From Adineta vaga (Eukaryota > Animalia > Rotifera): DNA of 64,000 nt. Below are positions 12,022 through 25,848 of the stretch, one piece after another (positions within the stretch are counted from its first letter, which is position 1; every line of letters starts with the position of its first letter). The translations under genes were made by a program, and so were the position numbers. The DNA lies in assembly GCA_021613535.1 (NCBI GenBank), contig CP075494.1, forward strand, positions 558,001 to 622,000. Reading direction: 5' to 3'. Below the pieces are notes generated by a model, which saw only the letters and a list, made by a program, of their open reading frames with translations, did not search any database and had not been told where the DNA came from.

Positions 12022-12046
12022 TTGAGGGTGTGGGTGTGAAGGAGAT
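12022..12046 (+). repeat. Half site S9 (left arm only)
   Basis: TTGAGGGTGTGGGTGTGAAGGAGAT, no C-rich arm visible. Confidence 0.65.
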
Positions 12047-12469
12047 AACGAGGCACAAGCTAACGAGGTTGTACGAGATCTGTTGTAAGAATTGCAAAAT
12101 TCATCGATGTTGATGGTTAATGGGTCATGGCGATTGCACCGTCAGTCGTTACAAACAGTCTTTTTTTCTATAAATGAATGAATTCTAAGGAACAACAAAT
12201 TTTAATAGATATTCCGTGTTCGAAGTGAAAATATAAATGTTAGACAAACAGTAACAGTTACATTAATCTCCATTCTTGGAATATCTCAAGGACTACATTC
12301 TCAACGTCAAACACAAGACATAACTATTCTATAAGTTGACAAGAAAAGTACGATGAATTAATTTTAATTTTCTCTCTTAAATGATTTCTATTATAGCTTC
12401 TTCTTTTGATATTCTTTTCCTAATATCTTTTGCTCATATCATGTCTCGACAACTGATGCTTACAACCTG

Positions 12470-14423
12470 TTAGAAATTGAAATAACCAGTTGCGAGAGAA
12501 GATGGAAATGAATTTCTACCAGTTGAATATGTTATTTGATTTGTAAATGTAAAAATTTCCATATCCAAAAAAGATACCAATATTATGAATACCTAAGTTA
12601 GCTACAATTATATCTGGATAATTATCATTATTCAAATCACCAATGGCAACAAATAATGGAAGACTACCAACGGGAAAGCTTTGTTTATCTGAAAAAGATC
12701 CATTAACATAACCAAAGAGAACAGTTACAGTGGACAAAGCCAAAGTAGCTACAATAATATCCAATCGATTATCATTATTTAGATCTCCAACTGTTAATCC
12801 ATATAGATATAAATCAACTGAATATGTAACTTGCTGGGCAAATGAACTGTTCCCGTAACCAATAAAAATACTTACATTATGAGAACCATGATTAGCAACC
12901 GCAAGATCCATCTGATTATCATTATTAGAATTAGCAACAATCACATATCGTGGATCAGAATTTGTTTTATATGTCAATGTAGTTGAAAACGAACCATTAC
13001 CATTTCCTAATAAAATACCAATTTCATCTTGAAGATAAAGGACAACAACTATATCTAATTGATTGTCATGATTAAAATCTGCCAATGCTACAAATATTGG
13101 ATATGATTCAACTGAATATTTGATTTGATTTAGAAAAGTATTATTATCATTTCCAAAGAATATATCCAACTCATAAGCATTAATATTACCAACAATCAGA
13201 TCTAATCGTTTATCTTTATTTAAATCATATAAAACAAATGAAATTGATGAAAATGATCCAGTTGAATTCATTTTTCCTTCTTGAAAACTTCCATTACCAT
13301 ATCCAAGAAATAATCCAATATTATTTTCACCTTGATTAATAATAAATAAATCTAATTGATTATCACCATTAAAATCATCAATACCAATTGAGTATGGAGA
13401 TGAAGAACCTGTTGAATAAAATATTTGTTTGGAAAAAGTTCCATTTCCATCATTTAACATTACACATATCATTTTTCTTCCATAATTTGTTATAACAATA
13501 TCAAAATATTGATCAGAATTTAAATAACCAATAGCAATTGATGTTGGTTGAGAATTAATTCCAGTTGAAATAAGTATTTGATCATGAAATGAATTATTTT
13601 GATTAGAAAAGAATATTCCAATATTATTTGTTCCATAATTAATAATAATAATATCAATGAATGTATCATTATTCATATAAATTAAATCAACTGATATTGG
13701 TCGTGATATTCCTGTTGAGATTTCTATTTGATTTTTAAATGACCCATTACCAAATCCATAAAATATTCTAATAGAATGTGTACCATAATTAGCCACTGCA
13801 ATATCCAAGTGAAAATCATTATTTAAATCATTAACAGCAACCATTGTTGGATTGGAATTAATTCCAGTTGAATAATGAAATTGTTTTGAAAATGTTTCAT
13901 CATTTAATCCCATATAAATATCAATTTGATTAACAAACCAATTTGCAATAACCATATGAATCCATTGATCATGATTAAAATCACCAATGGCAACATATTG
14001 TGGACCATAATTATATTCAATAGGATTGGAATTAGTTCGTTCAAAATTCAATTGACATTTTTTTACTAAAAAAAAGATCAAATAAAGATTTTATAAATCG
14101 AATAGAAACAAACCTTTAGGTTTTGGTACATTAAGACAAACAATAACAATTCCACTTGTCATTAAAACCAATAGAAATAGAGCAATTATCAAACAAATAC
14201 AGATTTTCATTGATATTTTCAAACTAAAACATTTCCTTTAAAAAAAAACTAAAACTAAAAAGTTCAATAAGAAGAAAAACATACAAATTCCATGAAGATT
14301 TCATTTGATTTTCTTATTCATTTCAATCTAAATACAAAATTTAAAATCAAATCATGTATTGAAGAATCTACTCGTTAGTAAATTTCGCATTTCGATATAC
14401 AATGTTGTGACAAAAACATCCAT
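12470..14423 (-). CDS. FG-GAP/VCBS-repeat membrane protein; frameshift near 12553 and apparent 3' truncation
   Basis: Repeated GDFNxDxxLDIxVAN motifs; upstream small exons include a TM segment (14115-14237); after a frameshift the repeat continues (NFTFTNQITYSTG...GYFN) then stops; start codon uncertain. Confidence 0.75.
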
Positions 14424-14594
14424 GAAAATTAAAAAAGAAAACTTTGAAATATTTCACCAAAATTGATTTTTCTTTTTACCTTCGTTGAGTGTATCGATGT
14501 AATGTTTTTCTCAATTATGTTTAACTGAAGTTTAATTAATATATAAAAAATATTTCTTTACAAAGTTTCTTTTAATGAATTATCTAATGTTTAA

Positions 14595-14660
14595 TTGAGG
14601 GTGTGGGTGGGGGTGAAGATATAGATATGAGTGAAGAAGATATACCGACAACCTCTTTAG
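14595..14660. repeat. Telomere-like palindromic site S10
   Basis: TTGAGGGTGTGGGTGGGGGTG-spacer-ATACCGACAACCTCTTTAG. Confidence 0.75.
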
Positions 14661-15072
14661 TTGATAATAAAGAACCTTTTTTGGTCATGATGATGTTTAA
14701 CAATGACAAAGTATTTGATAGAAAATAATTTTATCATTCGTATTTTCACATTCACGAATAAAGAATGTTAATCTCTCGTTAATAAAAAAGAATTGATGAG
14801 TTTTCAATCAATCAATATCACAGAAATATTTCATCGCGTATCAAACACCAGCAGATGGAAAAATCCAGTCCAACAAAATCGATTATTTCATATGATCCTT
14901 ATCTTTATTACATTAGAGAAAAAAAGGCTGACAATAAAAGAAAAAAGAGAGAGAAGAAATTTCATTTAATGCTGAATTGTTAAGCTAATAAATAGTACTA
15001 GATTATTTCCTTTTGTAATACTCTGTCATCTTCCATACTCCTAAAAAGAGACTTGAGATTGTAACTAATGGT

Positions 15073-16814
15073 TTAATATCCAGCTTGGTTGAATTCTCGG
15101 TGAGAAAGAGTGTGATCGTGATTAGCATCGGCAGCGTTGAATAGAGTGGAAGAGGCGAACGCTGAACCTGGTCCAGAGGCAGAACCAGCACCAAAGGTAG
15201 CAAATGACTCTCCTGCATCTCCTCGCGAAACCATGTGTGTTGCTCCGAAACCGGTCAGACCTTCACCAGCACCACCAATGTGAGTAGAGGCTGCTGCGGG
15301 TCCTTCGAGACCAAGGACACCACCACCAGCTTGTTCGAAGGCTGTAGCACCAGTATTGTAGGCTGATCCAACACCACCAGCGGTAGCTTCATAGTTAATT
15401 TCACCGGCAATACCACCAACACCTTGTCCAGTCAAACCTCCAGCACCACTAGCACCACCAGTGGAAGAAAATTGACCTTCGGTAGCGGCAAAGGAGCCAG
15501 GGACTACGGGAGGTGACTATTTACATCAACGAAGAAATATTAATAGAAGAAGAAGAACTATAATATGTTGACTTACAATATCTTCAAAAACACCAGCAGC
15601 TCGTGCTTGTTGAACGAGAGTGACCGAATCAAGAAGTTGAGCACCATAACGTTGAAGGTATGCTTGAGGATTTTCAGGTTGAACACCCAATTTTTGGAAT
15701 TGACGAGTGATACGTACTTGTGCTGCCTCGTATTGGATGACCACGTTGCGTGGAGCTGCATATTGTTGGGCAGCTGCAGCGCGTTGAACAACGGTACGAC
15801 GTTTGGCAGCAGCACCGTATGGGACCCATCGTTCAATGATGATGTCACGTGGACGAGGTGGAGCAGCTGGTAAGCGTTCAATGATCACTGAACGTGGTGG
15901 TACAGGTAGAGCAGCAAGCTTTCGAACGACTACATAGATGATGAAGTAGAAAGTGACAAGAAAAATAATCAAGTTTTCACTTACCAGTCTGCGAGGCAAC
16001 ACTTCGAGGTACTGCTGGTGGTCGTTCACGAAGAACAAGTGGTGGAGGTGCAGGAAGAGATGGAGCTTGTTGACGAATGCGAAGAGGTGGTGGTGGTGGT
16101 GGTTGAGGTGGTCGAACTTCTTTGATGATGAGAGGCTGAAGATATAAGAAATTTGAATGAGAACAAGGGACAAACAGAGAGACTTACGCCTGGAGGTGGA
16201 ATAGCTGGTGGTTGAAGAAATCGTACACGAATATTTTGTGTATAAGTCAATGGACCACCAGGAGCTGGTCGTCGAATAATTTGTGGATTACTATCCTGGA
16301 AGAGTCCTCGAGCATCTGTTGGATAAGATTGAACAGCAGACGAGGCTGAATACTGACTCGATGATGCTCCGTATCCTTCAGCACCTACAGCAGCAGCACC
16401 ACCACTAAGACCAGCAGCTCCATAGTTGCTAGATTCGTAGCTACTAGATTCGTAGCTACTACCACCACCAACACCAGCAGCTCCGTATCCAGCACCAGCA
16501 GCTCCGTATCCAGCACCAGCAGCTTCGAATCCAGCACCAGTAGCTCCGTATCCAGCACCAGCAGCTTCGAATCCAGCACCAGTAGCTCCGTATCCAGCAC
16601 CAGCAGCTCCGTATCCAGCACCACCAGTAGCTCCATAGCTAGAAGATTCGTATGAGGACGAGCTGAAGTTACCGGCACCAGCAAGACCAGCCTGTGCACC
16701 ATAGGCGCCGCCAGCAGATCCAGCGGGAATATTATGGTTAATATAATTGCGAAATTCGCCTAAATCTACTCGGTTGTCGTGATTAACATCAGCTTGTGCA
16801 AATTCTGAAGCCAT
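15073..16814 (-). CDS. Four-exon Gly/Ala-rich protein with terminal EF-hand-like motifs and a central Pro/Arg-rich domain
   Basis: DVNHDNRVDLGEF and DANHDHTLSHREF EF-hand loops; VRFLQPP...PPRSVIIER...DIIIERWVPYG core; introns near 16187, 15984 and 15575; biased codon use. Confidence 0.85.
16474..16637 (-). repeat. Coding 21-bp tandem repeat (GAAGAGY/F heptapeptide)
   Basis: Repeated CCAGCACCAGC/TAGCTCCGTAT units. Confidence 0.8.
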
Positions 16815-18480
16815 AATTATAATTTCAAAAATACGAAGTTTATTCGACGATTAATGACGGGAAACGAAGAGTGGTGAAGAAGCACAGAGAAAGCTCGCGG
16901 TTTTATTGCACACAACCAAAAGTATACGTGATGAACCGCAAATGTTTTTTTCTTTTGTTATCGATTGCATCTGGTTTCTCTCATCTTTTTTTAGCTTTTT
17001 TTTCTTCTTTTGAATAGACTAGATCATTTGTATAGAATCTTCATATCTCTGGATTTAACCATGCATTACACACAGAATGATGAATATTGTTCGTTTAATA
17101 TCTATACATTTGTGTCCATTCTTGTTTATTGATTGACAGATTCTATGCGGCCTTAACGTACGATTTTATACAAAGAAAATACCAAATGACGCGTTTTTTT
17201 CTCGATATGATTCAAACAACAAAAAGTACTGTATGAAGTGTCCTTGAGAAGAAACATGCTTCGTTTTTATGTATCATCAAGGTAAATATAATGAGGAATA
17301 GATAATTTACAAAACGTAGTCTCTTTTCGATACAAGAACTTTGAAACTTCCACTGAACAAAAAACGAAAAGTAGATGAATTGTGATCATAAAATATATTT
17401 GAAGGAAAACATCTTTTCAAATATTTAAATCTGTTTTGAAAATATGAGAAGAAAAGAATGAGTATATTTTTCTGCTTCATCGAATTTCTCCCAAATCGAG
17501 TGAAAATCCCTGAACAATAGACTAATTTGTCATTGAAATTGTTTACACTGTATACGTTTTTTTTACCTTGGTATTTTCGAAAATTGTTTTTCACAATAAG
17601 CAATCAAGTAATATCGATTTCTTATTTGAAGATTCTTCTCACAAATTTCAACATTTCTTTTTAGATAAAAGCTTAAAAACGTTACGAACAAATTGATCTT
17701 CGAGAATTTCTCATTTGTTCCGAAGAAAACTTCATTGATATAAAAGTATCAAGACTCGAAACATATTCTGATTCGTCTTTTGAAACTGATCACGAATAAC
17801 ACTTTATCGGCCTTCAAAACCTCTTTGTTCACGAAGAAAAATCGAATAGAATGAAATACCTCTTTTCAGAAAATATTTTCAAGTGAAATTTCATGTACAA
17901 TGCAAAAGTATAGAGGCAATTTTTTGAAAGACATTCGAAATGATTGCATATCGTTTGAAAATAATTGAATAATTAAACTTAAAAATAAAGAAGATTCGAC
18001 CGATAATCAACCTTGAATCTACAATGACGCATTAAATATTCATCATATATTTACTGTATACTTTCACCTTTACTCAAATAGTGTGCTTTATGAGTCACTC
18101 AAGGTGATGCTTTATAGTAGATGGCGATTAGTTAGTTTTAGTGTTGAAATACTACAAAAATGTCTCCATCTCATATCCAATAAGAGGTATACTGGTGAAT
18201 GTGTCCTCATTCTATTTACACCGACCTTCCTCAATCTAAAGGGTGAGGATGGGTGAAACTATTGAAAAAGATCTGATTGACATTCATACATTGTTGAATA
18301 TGATTCTGAATTTCATATAGTTTATGAAAATTAGTTTCGTATTAAGCATAGTAATTATGAGAAATGAACATATCAGCTAAAATGACGAGTTGAACGTCAG
18401 TAAATTATTGTCGATGTTCATGCCATGAATCATGATGTGTATGACGAAAATCAGATAGACATTTTTTAATTGATTTCTAA

Positions 18481-18557
18481 AATAAAGAAGGGTGTGGGTG
18501 TGGGTGGGTGTATATCTTCTTGTCTTACCCACACTCCCACACCCACACCCTCAAGAT
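18481..18557. repeat. Telomere-like palindromic site S12 (near consensus)
   Basis: AATAAAGAAGGGTGTGGGTGTGGGTGGGTG-spacer-ACCCACACTCCCACACCCACACCCTCAAGAT. Confidence 0.95.
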
Positions 18558-19590
18558 GGTTAAATCTACGATTTTAATTATAGTTACTAGAACTAAAGTC
18601 AAATAATTTGCACCTCCAAGAGTTCTGATTCTAGTTCAAACTGAACTCGGAGCATATTTGAGATACTTTGAATACTCTTTTAAAGTTGAAGCAATATTCC
18701 TATACATGATTGGTAACTCACCAGTGCCTGTCATCGAAAATGAATGAGAATTTTTCGTCGCAAAACAAATATGAAAGAACATGAGAATCATTAAAAAATA
18801 ATTCACAAACAAAATTTTACCTAGAAAGTTATAGGGAAAATGTTTTAGATCGTTTCTATTTTATCATTATTTTCCATAATCTTTTTATAATGATTATTCA
18901 TCAAATCGATAATGATTCAAATATTATATTTTAAACAAAAAGAATATACATAAATGAATGTTTCTCTTAGATCACTTGACATTATACGATTTATCATCCA
19001 AATTTGTGTCTGTTTTCTCGAAAACTAACATGAAAATCTTTTGCTTTCTTCAAGTTTAAAAATATTCGTTACGATCTGAATACTTCAATCAATAGTAATA
19101 GTAAAGTAACAATAATAAATAAACAGAAGAGAATATATTGATGAAACTATTCAACTTCGAGTTTAAAATATTCTTTAGGACATGAATTATTCAACGAACA
19201 AAATGAAGCATAAACAAACATAAAAAGGCAGTTGATATACGATTGATAAAACTATTCAATTTTCTTTTTTTTTATTATTTTGTATAAAGAAGATTAAATC
19301 CTATCCGATATTCTTCAAGAAAAAAAAAGATCGATGAATTAACGTATTAATTTTTCAAATTTCATCATATTGTTACAGATAATTTCAATAGACGATACTG
19401 AATTATTCTCTTACGGTTTCAAACATGCTTTTCTTCTCGTTCTCTCTAATCATCGAATTCATTTCCCGCAGGTATAAATTCAAACTACTAGTACATATAT
19501 ACATTTATGTAAATATTACTCTTCAAAAATATTTTTTCATATAAAAATAAGCAACCGAAATTAAACTATTCATCAATTTTTCAAAGTATA

Positions 19591-21196
19591 ATGACAAATT
19601 ATTCAATTCAACATATTGCTACAGTATTTCCAATCGATGCTGACGCTTTAAAACCTGAATCAAATGTAGGTCAACGTCGTAATATAATCAAAGAATTCAG
19701 TTTAAATACATCAGCTCATGGTATTCCAGGTATTGCACGAAGTCAAAGTATTCATAATCGTATTTTTTGGCTTATTTCATTTGTTGCATTTACTGGCATA
19801 ATGATATATTTTATAACAACATCGATACTTGCTTATTATAGTTATCCAACTCAAACAATAATCGGTGCTGTTGATGAATGGCCACAAGTATTTCCAGCAG
19901 TCACTATTTGTAATTATTCACCATATCGTTATGATACATTAATTCAACCATTTCTGAATTATACAAATTCACTTCATTTAACAAATACAATGGATACAAA
20001 TAGAAATACATTTACAAAACAACAAACATTATATCTTTCTGATTTTGCTCGACATATTATAAATCTCAATAAATCTTTAAATGAATATTATTATCCATTG
20101 AAAGAAATGCTGATTAAATGTACTTATAATGGAATAAATTGTTCAGCAAATGATTTTGTTTCATTTATATCTCAAACATATGGTTTATGTTATACATTTA
20201 ATGCTGAAACACCAAAAATAAACAATGGTAAATTACATCATAATGATGAAAATGGAATGGATGGTATATTGCAATTAGATCTTTATATTCATAGTCAACA
20301 ATATGTTCCATATTTATCAAATGGTAGGAATATTCTTCAATTTATCCATTTTATCTTTTTTTGTTATACATATAGCTGCAAGTATCGTGTCAATGGTTCA
20401 TGATAATAGAAAACTACCTATTGTAGAAAGACTTGGCATTAAATTAAAGCCAGGACGACGACATAATCTAGGTTATAGTAAAGTAGTAACCACTTTTTTA
20501 CCATCCCCATACTCAACATGTGCTAATACGGTCACACCTGAAATGAAAGCTTTATATGATCAATTTTCTGGTGCAAATTATGATTATACAATTGAAATAT
20601 GTTTTGATGTAGCTATACAAACATATATCTATGAACAATGTGGTTGTGTTGAACCATTTCAATGGTCAGCTCGTTTTGTTCTTCCATTTGGAAGTACAAC
20701 TGTAATTCAATCACAACTTTGTAATATATCAGATTCTTGTTACACAAATGCAACAATTCGATATGCTAGTTCACCAGATATTTTGAAAAAATATGCTGGA
20801 AATTGTGGTTTAGATTGTTCTTATATTGATTTCCCACTAGAAATTTCGTCAAGTCTTGCACCAATGGAATGGGATATCGAAGACATAAAAGCATTTGTTG
20901 AATCATCATCAATTCCATTACCTTTAAATTGGTCAACAACATGGAGAAATGATATTGAAAGAAATTATGTTGGTTTAGATGTTATTTGTGAAACAACTAA
21001 AGTTAAAAGTTATACTCAACAAGCTTCATTAAGTCCTGTTGATGTCTTATCAAATATTGGTGGACAAACAGGTCTTTGGATTGGAATTAGTTTTCTTTCA
21101 ATAATGGAACTTGCTGAAATGTTATATCGACTTATTCGACATCAATTTCATACTTTCAGAATAAAATTAATGCAAAGAAACAACACACCTTTATAA
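19591..21196 (+). CDS. DEG/ENaC (ASIC-like) amiloride-sensitive sodium channel, 2 exons
   Basis: NTSAHGI, FPAVTICN, YGLCYTFN, Cys-rich thumb, LSNIGGQTGLWIGISF; intron ~20324-20375. Confidence 0.95.
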
Positions 21197-21258
21197 CTAT
21201 ACGTATATGAAATCGACTAATTTTGTTCAAAATAAATTGAAAATTTTTCAACTATTCG

Positions 21259-21317
21259 AAATAATGAGTGAGAGTACAAAGTGGATATAATTCTACACAA
21301 ACATAAGCATCCTCAAG
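21259..21317. repeat. Degenerate palindromic site S13
   Basis: AATAATGAGTGAGAGT...ACACAAACATAAGCATCCTCAAG, ~60 bp after the ENaC stop. Confidence 0.4.
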
Positions 21318-21899
21318 GAATAACGATGATGTTTCTACAATGCAACATTTTCTATTTCAGATAACTTGGTGATAAACATTCAAGAGCATCTTTATATAGG
21401 TAAAAGACAATGAGGAACTGATCATTGAATTGCATACATAGAATGATATTCACTATCATTGTTATTATAGTTAAAAGTGAATCATAACAGATGAAACTTA
21501 CTCTATCTTCTTTTTTTTATAAATGCGCACCTGAAAGGTAACATCGTATTATCACAATCTATAGCCAGTACACCGCGGTATTGTGTGGTATGGAAAATTC
21601 TAAATATATAAAAAAAGATATGAGTTTATATATATTTGTACATCTGAACTTTTATCTTCTCGTAATTAATATTATTTAAACGAATATTTCTTTTATTTCA
21701 TTCACAAACAATAATAAAAGCCCCGAACGCTTTCAAATATTTGTATAAGGAAAGAGAAATCATTCGTTTTTTTTACAGTATATCAACGATAGGTTTAGTT
21801 GATGTATTGATGCATAGAGCCATATCCTTAATCACATATTTTCTTGTATTTACTATCCTTATCATACAATCTGTAAGGTATTACTTTTAATTAAAGTAA

Positions 21900-21960
21900 A
21901 TCTTGAGGGTGTGGGTAAGGCTATTATCTATAGGAATACCTACATCTACGCCATCAAGAT
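21900..21960. repeat. Telomere-like palindromic site S14
   Basis: ATCTTGAGGGTGTGGGTA-spacer-TACCTACATCTACGCCATCAAGAT. Confidence 0.85.
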
Positions 21961-22185
21961 TTATGGACAAGAAAAAACTTCTAAATTTGTAAACTTCGGT
22001 GCTAAGCTTCGTGCATAGATAAATGAATAGCATCACCGCCAGTTTAAGGTTACTGTATTTATAACTTATCTTTTAGACAATGAAAAAACGCAATCTCAAA
22101 TGTTTCTGTGCGAGGTTTATTAAAAAAATCAGCTTGCAGATAAAGTAAGCAGAAGGAAAATAATAACTTTTTTACATTTGACATA

Positions 22186-23946
22186 TCACCCAAAAAGAAA
22201 ACGACCGATGTCTTTAAAGCTTGAAAACTCTTTTTTTACTGGAATAGCCGTACAGTTCGCTGGCGAGCCTTCGTCATTCACACATGGATACGAGAAATTA
22301 TAGAATTTGGTCAAGACCCACATAGTTGACTTCAATGCACCGTCACACCATGCAGCAAAATCAAGATTGTAGGCTTCTCCAATCAATGAGAAATTCTTTC
22401 CAGGCAATGGCCGATGTGACCATTCGAAGATGCGTTTATTTGAAATTGTTGAACTAGCGACTTGAAGATGCCATGCATTTTCATGTACAGCTCCGTGCAA
22501 TGCTTTAGGCATTGGAATATGTACATCAGTGAAGACATTACTGAGACTATTAATTACCGTTTTCGCTAGTAAATTTTTGTCGCCCGATGCTACCAATGTC
22601 CGCCAAGTATCCACACATGCGCCATCGTCATACACAGCTCTTGTGACATTTTGGTCCCGTCCATACGGAAATGTTGGTATATCCATTGTATTGAAGCAGT
22701 TCTCATGACTAACAACTCGACTTAGGTTACGATCAAACATTGAATTTTCCCACCAACGCTCATTCCACCATGCTGTCCAATTGATAGAGCCTTGGGCAGG
22801 ATAACGTTAAATTCCGGAGCTGACGTTATTGAATCAGCAATGCTGCCATGGACATTCCGCAAGTTAATTGGATCGATAGCGCAAAGAACACTTTGTGCAT
22901 AAAATGTATAGTTGGATGAAGCGATTACGAATCTATCTCTAACTGAGTCAAAATCGATTCTAAGCACAGGCTCATTGCGGTAAATTCGCACATTCGCTTT
23001 CTTGGCATGTGCTAACATCTTGTCAATATATTGAGACATTCCACCAGCTGCATAATAACGATCTGGATCGAGACCCATGGCCCTTAGCTCGTTAGTGAAG
23101 AAATCCAAAATGCTATGAATGGATACTGATGTAAACAAACTATTGTATCGTACTGACTCACGAATAAAAGCGAGACCTTCATCTCCAAACAGTGAAAGAA
23201 TGTAGTTTGGAAAGTCTGGATATTCAAATGCCACTGATTTGTTCGCATGATATGTTTTAAGCAAAATGGATAGTAATGCTTTATCAGTATCATGGGAATA
23301 ATCCGCATACTCACAGGTGAGATTTTGAAATACCGTTTTGCACATCAAACTAGATTCACTCACTCCTTCACCTACATTGTCCACGTCACGGTAAAAGTAT
23401 TGGCCGCGAACTCTCATAAGTTCGTTGTCTGTCTCCTGCTTTTGCAATTCAATGCCAAGTTCATTTGCTAATGCTAGCATGGTACGCTGTAGTTCCGTAA
23501 CACGAAGGGATCCCACACCGAATACTGGTCCATCTGACCAACCAGAAACATCCCATACTCGACCACCAAATCTATCTAGTTTTTCAATCAGACAAACACC
23601 ATTTCCGGAACGATTAGCAAGCTGATATGCTGCATATGTGCCAGCAAATCCCGCACCCAATATGACAACATTACAATGAATGACTTCGTTCGATGGCTCT
23701 GGATTGACAATTGGATTTATGCGTTTCAAGCCGAAGTACAGACCTAGACCAAGTGCAAGTCCGATGAACACAACTATAGCAAACAACACACTTCCAATAA
23801 AGATTTTTCGTCCTTTACACGGATGTTTAGTATCAGTCTGCAAACACTTAGTGTTAATATAAATAATACAATAAATAAGAACATACCTGTTCATCCTCAG
23901 CAGAAGTTTGCGTCTCAGGAGCAACCGTACTGTGATTCGATGACAT
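22186..23946 (-). CDS. Membrane-anchored flavin amine oxidase (L-amino-acid oxidase/achacin-like); frameshift near 22770-22790
   Basis: GAGFAG...IEK..RFGGR FAD motif, GGMSQY and IGEAY...AWCDGAL; ATG 23946, intron ~23839-23886; the two ORFs overlap out of frame. Confidence 0.8.
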
Positions 23947-24906
23947 TGACGAGTATATCGTTCTGTTTTGTGTATCTTACATGTCACTATATGTTACTCG
24001 TTTATATAGCCGATATCGCGGTGAATCATTAATATGTAAATGGTCAATAGCACGGAATAAGGGATGCAATGTGTCTCTGTTGGGAAAATCCAATTCGCTT
24101 TTGTCCTTCAACCTACGCGCATAAATATGACGTACGCTACTAAGCGCATGCTAGAGAGGTTCTCATTACTTTTTGCACTTTAGGATATGAGTAATATCAA
24201 TGCATCCTAAATGTGTGTATATGTTGGAAAGTCGTTAAACAATATTTACCTTTTGCGTCTGTTAAATTCTGATTTTTTTGCTTCTATAAAATACATTCAC
24301 TGCGAAATATTCTCAAAAAATGTTTTATGCTTCATAAATTATACTCATTTACTTACCTTTTTCACTTAACAGTATGGATGATATCATTATTTTTATACTC
24401 TGTGATAACATATGATATGCAAACATCATTCAATCGATACTAAGATTCAGTGATAGAACGAAAGAGCAACTTCTATTTCTTACACTCTTAATGTTTGATT
24501 CTAACTATAGCAAATATATATTTCAATGAATCATTTGAATAAAACATGACAAATATTGTTTTCCATTTCCTCTGTCACATTAGCAATTGATTTAAATAAA
24601 GGTAAGGGACACGTGGCAGGGAAAAAACCGAGTGACTTTTTTCTTCTTCTTCTTCTTCTTATTGTATAAGCGTTGAGTAATTTTGAGTTTCTATATACGT
24701 TCATTAAGACTATAAATAGAACAAATAGAACGTCAACGATATGATCATTTCGAAGAAAATAAAAGAAAATAAGTTCATCACTAAAGCACATTGATGAGTA
24801 AAAAAATAAGTTATAAATATGAATTTTTTACTTTCATTCATTAAACAGTAATGTTCAACAAATCAAAGATCTGGCTAATGAAACTAAAGAAGTGTTTAAA
24901 TTTTGT

Positions 24907-25848
24907 TCATTCGAAATATAGAGACATTGTCTGAGTCGGACCATAATATGATTGTGATAGAATACCACCCCAATAGCCCGCATAAATAGCACATGGTCTG
25001 ATTGTATAAGCATTATAATTATTACAAATACTTGCCCCCGATGTTATCTCATTCGGGACACTCCACGAACAAGAACCAACTCTCCAAGTGACTCCATTTG
25101 AAAGAATACTAATTGAACCATTATAACGTAAAGCTATTTTGCGAGTGCTGTAACCATGTAAGTATCTGTTAGAGTAATACCGGTTGGATCATTTGAACCA
25201 TAGATACGCATGAGTTTGTATTGTGTACAAGTCAAACTTGATGTGAATGTTTGCCATGCTGAACATTGTGTCGTTGGAACAGTATTATATACAAAAGATT
25301 GAGAATAGGTTGTGGCATATTCTAGAATAATAAGGACAAATATATTATCAATAGAATAAATCACAATCACTTACGTTTGCCGGTTGTGTCTAAACAAAAA
25401 AAAACATTGTATTTTATAACTAATGCAAGCACAGAGAGGAGAAAGAAATATAATCCGATGTTTTCTCACGAAATCTCCTCGAAGTATATTCATATTGTTA
25501 AAGGAGAAAAAAGAAGACAAACTATATATTTTGTTGACTTACCGAGTATGATGACTACGATAGGTATAATTATAGCCGCCAATGTCAGAAGAAGTAGTAG
25601 AATCAATAATTGAATACAGAGAAATCGTGATACAGTACATCTATATTCTTTTAATCGATAGAAAGAACAAGAAGATATTTCATATGTCATACTAACTTAG
25701 ACTTTGGTTTTGATGAAACCATCTGAATGTTGTTGATATTGTCTGTTGCAATATTTTTTGAGGACGAATACGATTTCTTATTTGGATTGCTATTTGCCAA
25801 ATAAGAAGGATCGAGAGCAAGCGATTTCGATGGAACTTTTTTGGACAT
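24907..25848 (-). pseudogene. Paralog of the 1157-1934 membrane protein with a frameshift near 25138
   Basis: PTTQCSAWQTF..LTC..Y..MRIYGSNDPTGIT matches the paralog; VTALA then TAG, with IALRYN continuing in another frame to TQTMSLYFE*. Confidence 0.7.

Noticed and set aside
15565-16702. Overlapping alternate-frame and antisense ORFs
   Set aside because: Shadows of the codon-biased 15073-16814 gene.
18179-18256. Very degenerate site candidates (here and 6249-6320)
   Set aside because: Too many mismatches to list as features; counted only as tentative members.
21559-21790. Possible minus-strand Helitron-type end (TAGCCAGTACACCGCGGTATTGTGTGG)
   Set aside because: Hairpin is imperfect, CTAG terminus is not intact, and no second copy or empty site is present.
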